Shown here piece by piece: positions 36,553-45,846 of a stretch of DNA of 64,000 bases. Within the stretch, counting starts at the first letter, position 1, and each line of letters begins with the position of its first letter. The translations under genes were made by a program, and so were the position numbers. The stretch is from Pseudomonadota bacterium (GTDB lineage Bacteria > Pseudomonadota > Gammaproteobacteria > Steroidobacterales > Steroidobacteraceae): NCBI GenBank assembly GCA_003242685.2, contig QGVD02000008.1, positions 17,427-81,426 of the forward strand. Direction: 5' to 3'. The notes under the pieces were generated by a model, which saw only the letters and a program-made list of their open reading frames with translations, was not told the DNA's origin and searched no databases.

Positions 36553-38151
36553 ATGGGCACCTTCCGTTTCAGCCGCACTCCGATCGATGTCGCCCCCCTG
36601 AGGGCCGAGCTCGCCGATCCGGTGTGCGGAGGCTACGCGTCCTTCGAAGGCTGGGTGCGCAATCACAACGAAGGCCAGCGCGTGCTCCATCTCGAGTACG
36701 AGGCCTTCGAGCCGCTCGCGATCAAGGAAGGCGAGCGGATCATCGCCGAAGCGATGGCGCGCTTCGGCGTCGAGCGCGCCGCGTGCGTCCACCGCGTCGG
36801 CGATCTCGCGATCGGCGAGCTCGCGGTGTGGGTCGGCGTGAGCGCCCGGCACCGCGACGAGGCCTTCAGGGCCTGCCGCTACATCATCGACGAGGTCAAG
36901 CACCGCGTCCCGATCTGGAAGAAGGAGCACTACGAGAACGGCGACTCGGGGTGGGTGAACTGTGAGCGCTGCGCGGCCGCGCCGCACGCGCACGACGATC
37001 ACCACGCTGAGCACGATCACGCCGCTCACGCGCGACACGTTCATGGCGCTGCGCACGCGCACGTCGGCGCACTGGTGCCGGACTATTCGCGGCAGATGGC
37101 GCTCAGGGAAGTCGGCCCTGCCGGACAGGCGCGCCTCAGAGCCGCGCGCGTGCTCGTCGTCGGCGCAGGCGGTCTCGGCGTGCCGGTGCTCACGTATCTC
37201 GCCGGCGCCGGCGTCGGGCGCATCGGCATCGTCGACGCGGACCGGCTCGAGCCGTCGAATCTCCACCGCCAGACGCTCTACGCGCTCGCGGACGTCGGCA
37301 AGCCCAAAGCCGAGCTCGCCGCGGAGCGACTGCGGGCGCTCAATCCCGACGTCGACGTGCACGCCTACGTCCTGCGGCTCGACCGCGACAAGGGCGCCGA
37401 GCTCATCCGTCAGTACGATCTCGTCGTCGACTGCACGGACAACTTCACGACGAAGTTCCTGATCAACGATCTCTGCGTGCAGCTCGGCCGCCCGGCGGTG
37501 CTGTCGAGCGTGTATCAGTACGAAGGTCAGATCCAGGCGGTGCGGCCGGAGCGCGGCAGCGCCTGCCTGCGCTGCGTGTGGCCCGATGCGACGCCCGACG
37601 GAATCGTCGGCAACTGCGCCGAGGCCGGCGTGCTCGGCCCGGTCCCGGGCGTCTTCGGCAGTCTCCAGGCGCTCGAGGCGCTCAAGATCCTGCTCGATCT
37701 TCCGGGCCAGCTTCGCGACGAGGTTCTGGTCATCGACCTCGGGAGCCTCGCCGTCTCGCGCGTCCGCGCGCGCCGCGCCCCGGAGTGCGGCAATGGAACG
37801 TGCGTGCGTGCGGCGGCTGCGCTCGCCCGTGAGCCCATCGCGGACGCGGATCTCGAGATCGCGTTCGATACGCTCGACGACGCGCTCAAGGCAGGCTACG
37901 AGATCGTCGACGTGCGAGAGGCGCGCGAGCTCGCGGAGCTGCCGACGCCGGCAGCGCGCTCACGCAATGTGCCGCTCGCCGAGATCCTCTACGGCGAGCC
38001 CCGGCTCGCGCCCGACGCGAAGATCCTGCTCGTCTGCGCGAGCGGCAAGCGGAGCCTCGCCGCTGCGAAGGAGCTGCGCCGCCGCGGCTTCCCCTCGGCG
38101 TACTCCCTGCGCGGCGGCGTCTCCGGTCTCGCGCGCCGCACCGTGACCTGA
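36553..38151 (+). CDS. fusion protein: MoaE (MPT synthase catalytic subunit) + His-rich linker + MoeB/ThiF-type adenylyltransferase + rhodanese
   Basis: MoaE: FEGWVRNHNEG...LEYEAF...HRVGDL..GE..V.VGVSARHRDEAF...PIWKKE. Linker: 11 His in residues 145-170. E1: YSRQM...VLVVGAGGLG...DNFTTKFLIND...CLRCVWPD. Rhodanese: LLVCASGKRS. Confidence 0.8.
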   Translation: MGTFRFSRTPIDVAPLRAELADPVCGGYASFEGWVRNHNEGQRVLHLEYEAFEPLAIKEGERIIAEAMARFGVERAACVHRVGDLAIGELAVWVGVSARHRDEAFRACRYIIDEVKHRVPIWKKEHYENGDSGWVNCERCAAAPHAHDDHHAEHDHAAHARHVHGAAHAHVGALVPDYSRQMALREVGPAGQARLRAARVLVVGAGGLGVPVLTYLAGAGVGRIGIVDADRLEPSNLHRQTLYALADVGKPKAELAAERLRALNPDVDVHAYVLRLDRDKGAELIRQYDLVVDCTDNFTTKFLINDLCVQLGRPAVLSSVYQYEGQIQAVRPERGSACLRCVWPDATPDGIVGNCAEAGVLGPVPGVFGSLQALEALKILLDLPGQLRDEVLVIDLGSLAVSRVRARRAPECGNGTCVRAAAALAREPIADADLEIAFDTLDDALKAGYEIVDVREARELAELPTPAARSRNVPLAEILYGEPRLAPDAKILLVCASGKRSLAAAKELRRRGFPSAYSLRGGVSGLARRTVT

Positions 38152-38169
38152 GCAGCCGCATTGTCTGCG

Positions 38170-39072
38170 ATGCCGGCGTCGATCGGTTCGCGGCTGCGGC
38201 ACATCCTCATCGCGACGGCGTGCGGACTGCTCCTGAGTCCCGCGAACGCCGAGGAATCGGACACTCCCCTGCTCGATTCCGCCGCCACCTTGAGCTACGC
38301 GTCGATGCCTCAGGAGGAGGCACTGCGCGAGCGGCTCGCGCAGGCCGCCCGTGCGCTCGAGCAGAATCCCCCGCCCGAGGAGAACTGCGCCCGCACGCTC
38401 GGCGCCGCACGGTTCAGCGAGCTGCTCGATACCCTCGGTGCGGCGCAGGCGGCGCTCGGCGACCACGAAGCGGCAGCGGACGCTTTCGAGCGGTCCATCG
38501 CGTGCAGCCCGCGCGCACCGTATCTGCATGCCGAGCTCGCTCGGGCGCTCATGAATCTCGGACGGCATGAGGAAGCGCGCGCAGCCGCGCGTCGGGCGCT
38601 CGACATCGAGCCCGGCCACCCGGGCGCCACGTCGATCATCGCGCGGCTCGACTTCATCGAGGAACGCTGGCCCGACGCCATCGAGCGGCTGGGCACCGTC
38701 GCTCTCTCGGACGAGGATCCGGTCCGTGCGACGTACTGGATGTGCCTGCACTGGATCGCGCAGATGCGCTCAGGGGTCCGCGAGCCGGTGACCATCGACC
38801 GGGAGCCCGTCGAGGACTGGCCGTTGCCGATCCTGGAGCTCCTGCGCGGCGAGCGCTCCGAGCAGGAGCTGCTCGAAACGCTGCAGGAGGAAAACACCGA
38901 GCCGCGCCGCCGCGAGCTGCTCACGGAAGCTCTGTTCTACGTCGGTCAGCAGCGCCTCGCCTCCGGGGACGCGGAAACGGCGCGGCGCTACTTCGCCGCG
39001 GCGGTCAATCTCAAGGTGCTGTACTTCGTCGAGCACCAGATGGCGCTCGCGGAGCTCGCGAAGCTCCGCTGA
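38170..39072 (+). CDS. secreted TPR-repeat protein
   Basis: Signal-like MPASIGSRLRHILIATACGLLLSPANA. TPR-like helices (LGDHEAAADAFERSIACSPRAPYLHAELARALMNLGRHEEARAAARRALDIEP). TTG 38161 is also possible. Confidence 0.65.
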   Translation: MPASIGSRLRHILIATACGLLLSPANAEESDTPLLDSAATLSYASMPQEEALRERLAQAARALEQNPPPEENCARTLGAARFSELLDTLGAAQAALGDHEAAADAFERSIACSPRAPYLHAELARALMNLGRHEEARAAARRALDIEPGHPGATSIIARLDFIEERWPDAIERLGTVALSDEDPVRATYWMCLHWIAQMRSGVREPVTIDREPVEDWPLPILELLRGERSEQELLETLQEENTEPRRRELLTEALFYVGQQRLASGDAETARRYFAAAVNLKVLYFVEHQMALAELAKLR

Positions 39073-39095
39073 CCGTGCGCCACGGTGCGCGGCGC

Positions 39096-40403
39096 TCAGG
39101 GACGGACCTGTCCCGAGCCGCGGACTACGTACTTGTAGCTCGTGAGCTGCTCGAGACCGACCGGACCGCGGGCATGGAACCGATCGGTCGAGATGCCGAT
39201 CTCGGCGCCCATGCCGAACTCCCCGCCGTCCGCGAACTGGGTCGAGGCGTTGTGGAGCACGATGGCGCTGTCGACCCGCTGCAGGAAGCGCTCGGCCGTC
39301 GCCTCGTTGTCGGTGACGATCGACTCCGTGTGCGCGGAACCATAGCGGGCGATGTGCTCGATGGCGCCGTCGACGCCGTCCACGACGCGCGCCGAGATGA
39401 TCGAGTCGAGGTACTCCGTGTACCAGTCGTCCTCGGTCGCAGGACGCACCCGCGGATCCACCTTCTGCACGGTCTCGTCTCCGCGCACCTCGCAGCCAGC
39501 GTCGAGGAGCGCGCGCACGATCGGACCGAGATGCGTGTCGGCACAGGCGCGGTCGACGAGCAGCGTCTCGGCCGCACCGCAGATACCCGTCCGCCGCAGC
39601 TTCGCGTTGAGCACGATCTCCTTCGCCATGCGGACGTCGGCATCGCGATCGACGTACACGTGGCAGTTGCCCTCGAGATGCCCGATGACCGGAACGCGCG
39701 CCTCGCGCTGCACGCGCTCCACGAGACTCTTGCCGCCGCGCGGCACGAGCACGTCGAGGTAATCGGTCATGCCGGCGAGCATGTAGCCGACCGCCGCGCG
39801 GTCCGTCGTGGGAACGAGCTGGATGCACGCTTCCGGCAGTCCGGCGCTGCGCAGCCCTTCCACCAGGCAGGCGTGGATCGCGCGGCTCGAGTGCTGACTC
39901 TCCGAGCCGCCGCGCAGGATGACGGCATTGCCCGACTTGAGGCACAGCGCGCCCGCGTCGGCGGTCACGTTCGGCCGGCTCTCGTAGATGATGCCGATCA
40001 CGCCGAGCGGCACCCGCACGCGCTGGATCCTGAGGCCGTTCGGGCGCTCCCATTCGGCGATCACGGTGCCGATCGGATCGGGCAGCGCGATGATGTCCTC
40101 GATGCCGCGCGCCATCGCCTCGATGCGCTTGTCGTCGAGCAGCAGGCGATCGAGCATGGCGCTCGAGAGACCTTTCGCGCGCGCCGCCTCCATGTCCTCG
40201 GCATTCGCCGCGAGGATCTCCTCGCGCCGGGCGCGGATGGCGTCCGCCGCCGCGCGCAGGGCGGCGTTCTTCTGCTCCGTCGTGGCGAGCGCGAGGACGG
40301 CGGCCGCATCGACCGCAGCCTTGCCGAGGCTCTCCATGAGCGCGCCGATGCTCGAGGAGCCTTCGGTCTGCGCCGTCTGCAGCTCCGTTCCGGTTGCGCT
40401 CAT
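39096..40403 (-). CDS. proA: gamma-glutamyl phosphate reductase
   Basis: ...[38 protein letters not shown]... ATGA overlap with the proB stop. Confidence 0.92.
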   Translation of the reverse strand: MSATGTELQTAQTEGSSSIGALMESLGKAAVDAAAVLALATTEQKNAALRAAADAIRARREEILAANAEDMEAARAKGLSSAMLDRLLLDDKRIEAMARGIEDIIALPDPIGTVIAEWERPNGLRIQRVRVPLGVIGIIYESRPNVTADAGALCLKSGNAVILRGGSESQHSSRAIHACLVEGLRSAGLPEACIQLVPTTDRAAVGYMLAGMTDYLDVLVPRGGKSLVERVQREARVPVIGHLEGNCHVYVDRDADVRMAKEIVLNAKLRRTGICGAAETLLVDRACADTHLGPIVRALLDAGCEVRGDETVQKVDPRVRPATEDDWYTEYLDSIISARVVDGVDGAIEHIARYGSAHTESIVTDNEATAERFLQRVDSAIVLHNASTQFADGGEFGMGAEIGISTDRFHARGPVGLEQLTSYKYVVRGSGQVRP

Positions 40404-41587
40404 CTCACGGCCTCCGCGGTCTCGGGAGCGGCGGCAGCGAGCACGTCGGGTCTCAGCACGACCATATCGTCGCGATGAATCATCTCGTCACGTCCACGGA
40501 ATCCCAGAATGCTTTCGATCTCGGAAGTGCGGCGGCCCATGATCCGCGCCGCATCCGTATCCGAGTAGGCGATGATGCCGCGCGCGACCTCGGTGCCGTC
40601 GGGCGCGAGCACGCTCACCGTGTCGCCTCGCTCGAAGCGGCCGCGCGCGCCGATCACGCCTGCCGGAAGGAGGCTCCGTCCTTCGCGCAGCGCGCGCAGC
40701 GCGCCCGCATCGATCTGCACCGCGCCGGCAGGCCGCAGCGTACCCGCGATCCACTGCTTGCGGGCGGCGACGGGCGTCGCGCTCGGCACGAACCACGTGC
40801 AGCGCGCACCTTCCTCGATGCGCCGCAGAGGATGCCGATGATGTCCCGCGGCGATGCACATGTGACAGCCGGCGGCGACGGCGATCTTCGCGGCGAGGAT
40901 CTTGGTCGCCATGCCGCCGGAGCCGACCTCGGACTGCGAGCGCCCGGCCATGGCCTCGATCTCGGGCGTGATCTGCAGCACGCGCTCGATGAACTGCGCG
41001 TTCGCATCGCGGTTCGGATCGGCGGTGAAGAGGCCTTCGACGTCCGACAGGAGCACGAGGCAGTCCGCGCTCGTCATCTGCGCGACGCGTGCCGCCAGGC
41101 GATCGTTGTCGCCGTAGCGGATCTCCGCGGTGGCGACCGTGTCGTTCTCGTTGATGACCGGCAGCGCACCGAGAGAGAGCAGGGATTCGAGCGTCGCGCG
41201 CGCGTTGAGATAGCGCCGCCGCTGCTCGCTGTCCTCCAGCGTGAGGAGGATCTGCGCGACGGTGATGTCGTGATGCTCCAGCAGCTCCTTGTAGGCATGC
41301 GCGAGCCGGATCTGACCGACGGCCGCCGCGGCCTGACTCTCTTCGAGCCGCAGAGGACCGCGCGGCAGACGGAGCTGCCGCCGCCCCAGCGCGATCGCGC
41401 CCGAGGAGACGAGGATCACCTGCTGACCGCGCTTGCGCAGCCGCACGAGGTCCTCGATCAGCGTCTCGAGCCAGCTCCGGTTCAGCCGGCCGCTCTCCTG
41501 GTCGACGAGCAGCGCGGAGCCGACCTTGACGACGACGCGTCGTGCCTTATCGAGCGGCGAGCTTACGGTGGAGCGCCTGGGTGACAT
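40400..41587 (-). CDS. proB: glutamate 5-kinase (with PUA domain)
   Basis: [13 protein letters not shown]...[12 protein letters not shown]...NENDTVAT...GSGGMATKI... Confidence 0.92.
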   Translation of the reverse strand: MSPRRSTVSSPLDKARRVVVKVGSALLVDQESGRLNRSWLETLIEDLVRLRKRGQQVILVSSGAIALGRRQLRLPRGPLRLEESQAAAAVGQIRLAHAYKELLEHHDITVAQILLTLEDSEQRRRYLNARATLESLLSLGALPVINENDTVATAEIRYGDNDRLAARVAQMTSADCLVLLSDVEGLFTADPNRDANAQFIERVLQITPEIEAMAGRSQSEVGSGGMATKILAAKIAVAAGCHMCIAAGHHRHPLRRIEEGARCTWFVPSATPVAARKQWIAGTLRPAGAVQIDAGALRALREGRSLLPAGVIGARGRFERGDTVSVLAPDGTEVARGIIAYSDTDAARIMGRRTSEIESILGFRGRDEMIHRDDMVVLRPDVLAAAAPETAEAVR

Positions 41588-41751
41588 AGGTCGGAAAACT
41601 ATACGGGATGGGCGCGTGTGCTGCGACTTCGCTGCTCGGCTGAGCGGCCCGGAACACGCTCGCGGTGCCGGGATGCACGGGTCTCGTTGCTTGGCACGCG
41701 GACGCGCCCTTAAACTCGCGCGGCAAACCCGATCCTTCGAGGAACCCCACG

Positions 41752-42066
41752 GTGAGCAGAGATTACGAACCCACGCCCGGCCAGTGGTACCAGAACCTGG
41801 AAGAAGAAGAGACGTTCCGAGTGCTGTCGGTCGATGAGGATTCGGAGCTCATCCAGATCGAGTATCTCGACGGGGACATCGAGGAGATCGACCTCGAGAC
41901 CTGGCACGAGATGGATCTCGAGCTGACCGAGGAGCCGGAAGGCTGGTCCGAGGCCGACGAGGACGAGGACGAAGACGATTTCGACGAGGACTGGGACGAG
42001 GACGAAGACGAGGACGACGACTGGGACGAGGACGACGACTACGACGACGATCGGGACGACTACTGA
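41752..42066 (+). CDS. small acidic protein with poly-Asp/Glu tail
   Basis: GTG 41752 after GAGGAA. 104 aa. The last 38 residues are EADEDEDEDDFDEDWDEDEDEDDDWDEDDDYDDDRDDY. Confidence 0.6.
   Translation: MSRDYEPTPGQWYQNLEEEETFRVLSVDEDSELIQIEYLDGDIEEIDLETWHEMDLELTEEPEGWSEADEDEDEDDFDEDWDEDEDEDDDWDEDDDYDDDRDDY
41950..42063 (+). repeat. GAC/GAG codon microsatellite-like tract encoding the acidic tail
   Basis: Repeated gactgggacgaggacga[ac]gac units seen directly. Confidence 0.7.
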
Positions 42067-42083
42067 TCCGTGCGTGCGCGTCC

Positions 42084-42479
42084 TCACCCGCGGCGTTTTC
42101 TGAGCTTCCTCACCAGGTCCAGCATCTCGAGCGGCTCCACGGGCTTGAGCAGGTGCCCGTCGAATCCGGCGGCGAGCGCCTGCTCGACGTCGCGCGGCTG
42201 TCCCCAGCCGGTCAGCGCGATGAGCACCATGTTCTTGCCCCAATCCTGCTCACGGATGCGCCGCGCCGCGTCGTATCCGTTGAGCGTGGGCATGGTGATG
42301 TCCATGAGGATGACGTCGGGTCTGAACTCGGCTGCGACCCGCACCGCCTCGAGTCCGTCGAGTGCCGTGCGCGTCTCCGCGCCGTAGAGCTCGCAGACCA
42401 TGGCGAGGCTCGCTGCCGCATCCTGAACGTCGTCGACGACGAGGACCCGTCCCTGCAGCTCGGGTTCCTCTGAGCTCAA
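42084..42479 (-). CDS. single-domain response regulator (CheY-like receiver)
   Basis: RVLVVDD...VILMDITMP...LIALTGW...LLKPV. All canonical receiver residues are present. TTG 42479 lies 8 nt after GGGAGGAG (GTG 42485 possible). Confidence 0.8.
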   Translation of the reverse strand: MSSEEPELQGRVLVVDDVQDAAASLAMVCELYGAETRTALDGLEAVRVAAEFRPDVILMDITMPTLNGYDAARRIREQDWGKNMVLIALTGWGQPRDVEQALAAGFDGHLLKPVEPLEMLDLVRKLRKRRG

Positions 42480-42657
42480 TTCCACACTCCTCCCGATCGG
42501 CACCCGCTGCACGCCTCGAAAGGTGCGCATACGGCAAGCCTGTGCCTGGACGGGTGATATAGCACTGCAGCACGACGGCTGTCTGTCCGCCAGCTGACAT
42601 AAGCTCCGGCGCGGCCTGCACCGGCCCATGCCGGGGATGTACGGGTACCGGCGCGGC

Positions 42658-43047
42658 TCAGCCCCGCGCCCGCAGCTCGTCGAGCAGGCTCGCCAGAGCG
42701 TCCGCCTCGACGGGTTTGAAGAGCCGTGCGTCGAAGCCCGCTGCAGCGGGCGAGGTGGCGTCGCGCTGTCCCTTCCATTCCGAGACGGCGATGAGAAGGG
42801 CATCCTGGAGTGCGGACCGGATCCGCCGCGCCGCTTTGCAGGCTTCCGCGTTCAACGCGGAGACGTCGACCAGTACGGCGTCGGGTCGAAAGTCCGCGGC
42901 GACGCGCGCCGCTTCGGCCGCACTCGCGGCCGTGCGCGTTTCTGCACCGTAGAGCTGACAGAGAACCGACAGTGCGGCGTCCGCCCTTGTGTTGTCCTCG
43001 ACCACGAGAATCCGGCCCGACAGGCCGTTTCGACCCTTGCGCGACAC
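42658..43047 (-). CDS. single-domain response regulator paralog with a divergent beta3-alpha3 loop
   Basis: RILVVEDN...AVLVDVSALNAEA...LIAVSEW...LFKPV. Shares LYGAETRTA and AARRIR with the neighbour. GTG 43047. Confidence 0.7.
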   Translation of the reverse strand: MSRKGRNGLSGRILVVEDNTRADAALSVLCQLYGAETRTAASAAEAARVAADFRPDAVLVDVSALNAEACKAARRIRSALQDALLIAVSEWKGQRDATSPAAAGFDARLFKPVEADALASLLDELRARG

Positions 43048-43209
43048 AATCCCCCCGTTTCGACCGGTCCGCGCGGTGCGAACGCGCGCCGGGTGCAAGC
43101 GACCGCCAGTTGTATAGCATTCGCGATGCGGCCCGTCTCCCCGGAAGCGGATCCGTCCGTCCGGGCGTGCCGCTTGCTCAACTCTGTCGGGGCTCGGCAC
43201 GATCTGCAA

Positions 43210-43989
43210 ATGGACAAGGCCAGGCTGCGCGCTTCCGCCACACGAACGGAATCGAGCGGTAACTGGTTGCTCGACGCGATGCTGCGCGAGGACCGGACGC
43301 TGTACGGGGCGCTCGAGCCGGTGGTGCACGCAACGGGCGATGCGCTCTACCGGCAGGACGACTCGCTGACGCACGTCTACTTTCCCGTCACGGGCGCCCT
43401 CTCGCTCGTCGTCCACATGCGCAACGGCAAGGCGGCCGAGGTCGCCACGGTGGGCAACGAGGGATTCGTCGGCCTGCACGCCTTCTTCGGGAGCGGGATC
43501 GTGCCGCACTCGGTGCTCCAGCAGGCGCCGGGTACTTCACTGCGGCTCACGGTGCGCCGTTTCGCCGACGCCGTACGGCGCCACGCGGGAGTGCAGCGCC
43601 TGATCGACTGCTACGCGGCCTACATGCTGCGCTTCGCCGAGCAGTCCGCCGCGTGCGCGACTCTTCATCCGATGCTGGCGCGCGCCTGCCGCTACCTACT
43701 CGTCGCTCACGACCGGGCGGGCGGCCGCGAGTTCTTCCTCACCCACGCCATGCTCTCGGAGATGCTGGGCGTGCGCCGGCCGTCGGTGAGCGAGGTGGCC
43801 GCGCGTCTCGCGCGGGTCGGCCTGATCGAGTACAGCCGCGGCATCGTGTCGGTGAAGGACCGCCGCAAGCTCGAGGCGGCGACCTGCGAGTGCTACCACG
43901 CGATGCAGTCCTTCTACCAGCGAATGCTCGGCAGAATCACGGGAGCCGGCTGCGGCGGTCCGGTCCGGAACCGCGGCGCAAGCCCTTGA
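43210..43989 (+). CDS. Crp/Fnr-family transcriptional regulator
   Basis: cNMP-binding-like beta-roll (YRQDDSLTHVYFPVTGALSLV...GNEGFVG) and C-terminal HTH LTHAMLSEMLGVRRPSVSEVAARLARVGLIEYSRG. Confidence 0.8.
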   Translation: MDKARLRASATRTESSGNWLLDAMLREDRTLYGALEPVVHATGDALYRQDDSLTHVYFPVTGALSLVVHMRNGKAAEVATVGNEGFVGLHAFFGSGIVPHSVLQQAPGTSLRLTVRRFADAVRRHAGVQRLIDCYAAYMLRFAEQSAACATLHPMLARACRYLLVAHDRAGGREFFLTHAMLSEMLGVRRPSVSEVAARLARVGLIEYSRGIVSVKDRRKLEAATCECYHAMQSFYQRMLGRITGAGCGGPVRNRGASP

Positions 43990-44128
43990 AAGGCGAGAGC
44001 CTGGCCTTACAGTGGCAGCTATGCCGCAGGCCCGGTAGAGTGCGGCCGAAACCCCGCACCGCGCGCCCTGTCGAAGGCGGTGCCGGGTACGGCAAACGGT
44101 GTCATCGAGTGGAGTTCGAAGCCCGACA

Positions 44129-45010
44129 ATGAAGCGCGTTGTTCTGTTCCTCGCTACCAACCTGGCGATCATCGTCGTCCTGTCGGTCGTCGCCCGACTG
44201 TTGGGGCTGGATGCGTACCTCGAGGCGCAGGGTGGGAGCCTGACCGGCCTGCTCGTCTTCGCCGCCTTCTTCGGCTTCTCCGGCTCGCTGATCTCGCTCG
44301 CCATGTCGAAGTGGATGGCCAAGCGCGCCATGGGCGTGCGGGTCATCGAGCAGCCGACGAACGCCACCGAGCAGTGGCTCGTCGAAACCGTGCGCCGTCA
44401 GGCGCAGGCGGCGGGCATCGGCATGCCCGAGGTCGGCATCTTCGACTCTCCGGAACCCAATGCCTTCGCGACGGGCGCACGCCGTGACAATGCCCTGGTC
44501 GCGGTGAGCACTGGCCTCCTCCGCCGCATGAACGAGAAGGAAGTCGAGGCGGTGCTGGGCCACGAGGTGAGCCACATCGCGAACGGCGACATGGTGACTC
44601 TCACGCTGATCCAGGGCGTCGTGAACACCTTCGTGATCTTCTTCGCCCGGATCATCGGCACCGTCGTCGACCGCGCCATATTCCGCTCGGAGGACGGACG
44701 CGGCCCCGGCTACTTCATCGCCGTGATCTTCGCCGAGATCGTCCTCGGCATCCTCGCCAGCATCATCGTGCTGTGGTTCTCGCGGCAGCGTGAGTTCCGC
44801 GCCGACCGCGGCGGTGCGCGCCTGGCGGGTCGCGAGAACATGATCAGCGCGCTCGAGCGGCTGCGTGCCACGCACCAGCCGCTGCCGCAGCAGTTCGCCG
44901 CGTTCGGCATCGCCTCGGGCAGCGTCGCCGGCGGTCTGCGGCGCCTCTTCATGAGCCATCCGCCGCTCGAGGAGCGTATCGCCGCGCTGCGCACTGCGCC
45001 GATGCTCTGA
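44129..45010 (+). CDS. htpX: membrane zinc protease HtpX
   Basis: [18 protein letters not shown]...; [10 protein letters not shown] (HExxH); ...[14 protein letters not shown]. Confidence 0.92.
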   Translation: MKRVVLFLATNLAIIVVLSVVARLLGLDAYLEAQGGSLTGLLVFAAFFGFSGSLISLAMSKWMAKRAMGVRVIEQPTNATEQWLVETVRRQAQAAGIGMPEVGIFDSPEPNAFATGARRDNALVAVSTGLLRRMNEKEVEAVLGHEVSHIANGDMVTLTLIQGVVNTFVIFFARIIGTVVDRAIFRSEDGRGPGYFIAVIFAEIVLGILASIIVLWFSRQREFRADRGGARLAGRENMISALERLRATHQPLPQQFAAFGIASGSVAGGLRRLFMSHPPLEERIAALRTAPML

Positions 45011-45033
45011 AGCACGGACGCGAGCCTGCCTCC

Positions 45034-45846
45034 ATGACCATGCAGATCGCCGCGGACCGGCCAGCCGGTCCGCGGCAACGCATTGCCGATTTCATCGAAT
45101 CACCGCGCATCCAGCGGCTGATCATCACACTCATCCTGCTGAACGCCCTCCTGCTCGGGCTCGAGACCTTCCCGTCGGTGATGGCGCGCGCAGGTGCGTG
45201 GCTCGATCACGCCGACCAGGTGCTGCTCACGGTGTTCGTCCTGGAGCTGCTGCTCAAGCTCGTCGGTCAGGGCTGGCGGTTCTTCAGGAACGGATGGAAC
45301 GTGTTCGACGCGATCGTGGTCGGCATCGCACTGCTGCCGTCCTCGGGAGCGTTCTCGGTGCTGCGCGCGCTGCGGGTGCTGCGCGTGCTGCGCCTCGTCT
45401 CGGCGGTGCCGCGCATGCGCTTCGTGGTCGAGTCGCTCGTGCGCTCCCTGCCGGGGCTCGGCTCGATCGGGTGCCTGCTGCTCCTGTTCTTCTACGTTTA
45501 CGCCGTGATGGCGACGAAGCTGTACGGCGAGCGCTTCCCCGAGTGGTTCGGCGATCTGTGGAGCTCGATGTTCTCGCTGTTCCAGATCATGACGCTCGAG
45601 GGCTGGGCGGAGATCGCGCGCGAGGTCATGGCCGTGTCCCCGTGGGCATGGCTGTTCTTCCTGGTGTTCATCCTGATCGGTACGTTCACCGTCCTGAACC
45701 TGTTCATCGCGGTGATCGTGAACGCCATGCAGGAGCCCCATACACCGGTCGAGCACAAAGCGGTAGCCTCGGCGGATGACGTGGCCGCCCTGCGCGAGGA
45801 AATCGCCGCGCTGCGGCGCACTCTGGAACGCGATGGAAGGACATGA
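45034..45846 (+). CDS. single-domain voltage-gated cation channel (BacNav/NaChBac-like)
   Basis: S4 with Arg every third residue SVLRALRVLRVLRLVSAVPRMR. Pore FSLFQIMTLEGWAE. Six hydrophobic segments, 270 aa. Confidence 0.8.
   Translation: MTMQIAADRPAGPRQRIADFIESPRIQRLIITLILLNALLLGLETFPSVMARAGAWLDHADQVLLTVFVLELLLKLVGQGWRFFRNGWNVFDAIVVGIALLPSSGAFSVLRALRVLRVLRLVSAVPRMRFVVESLVRSLPGLGSIGCLLLLFFYVYAVMATKLYGERFPEWFGDLWSSMFSLFQIMTLEGWAEIAREVMAVSPWAWLFFLVFILIGTFTVLNLFIAVIVNAMQEPHTPVEHKAVASADDVAALREEIAALRRTLERDGRT

Noticed and set aside
41684-41700. TTGGCACGCGGACGCGC, considered as a second sigma54 promoter.
   Set aside because: It has the TGGCACG half only. No TTGC follows at the required 4-nt spacing.
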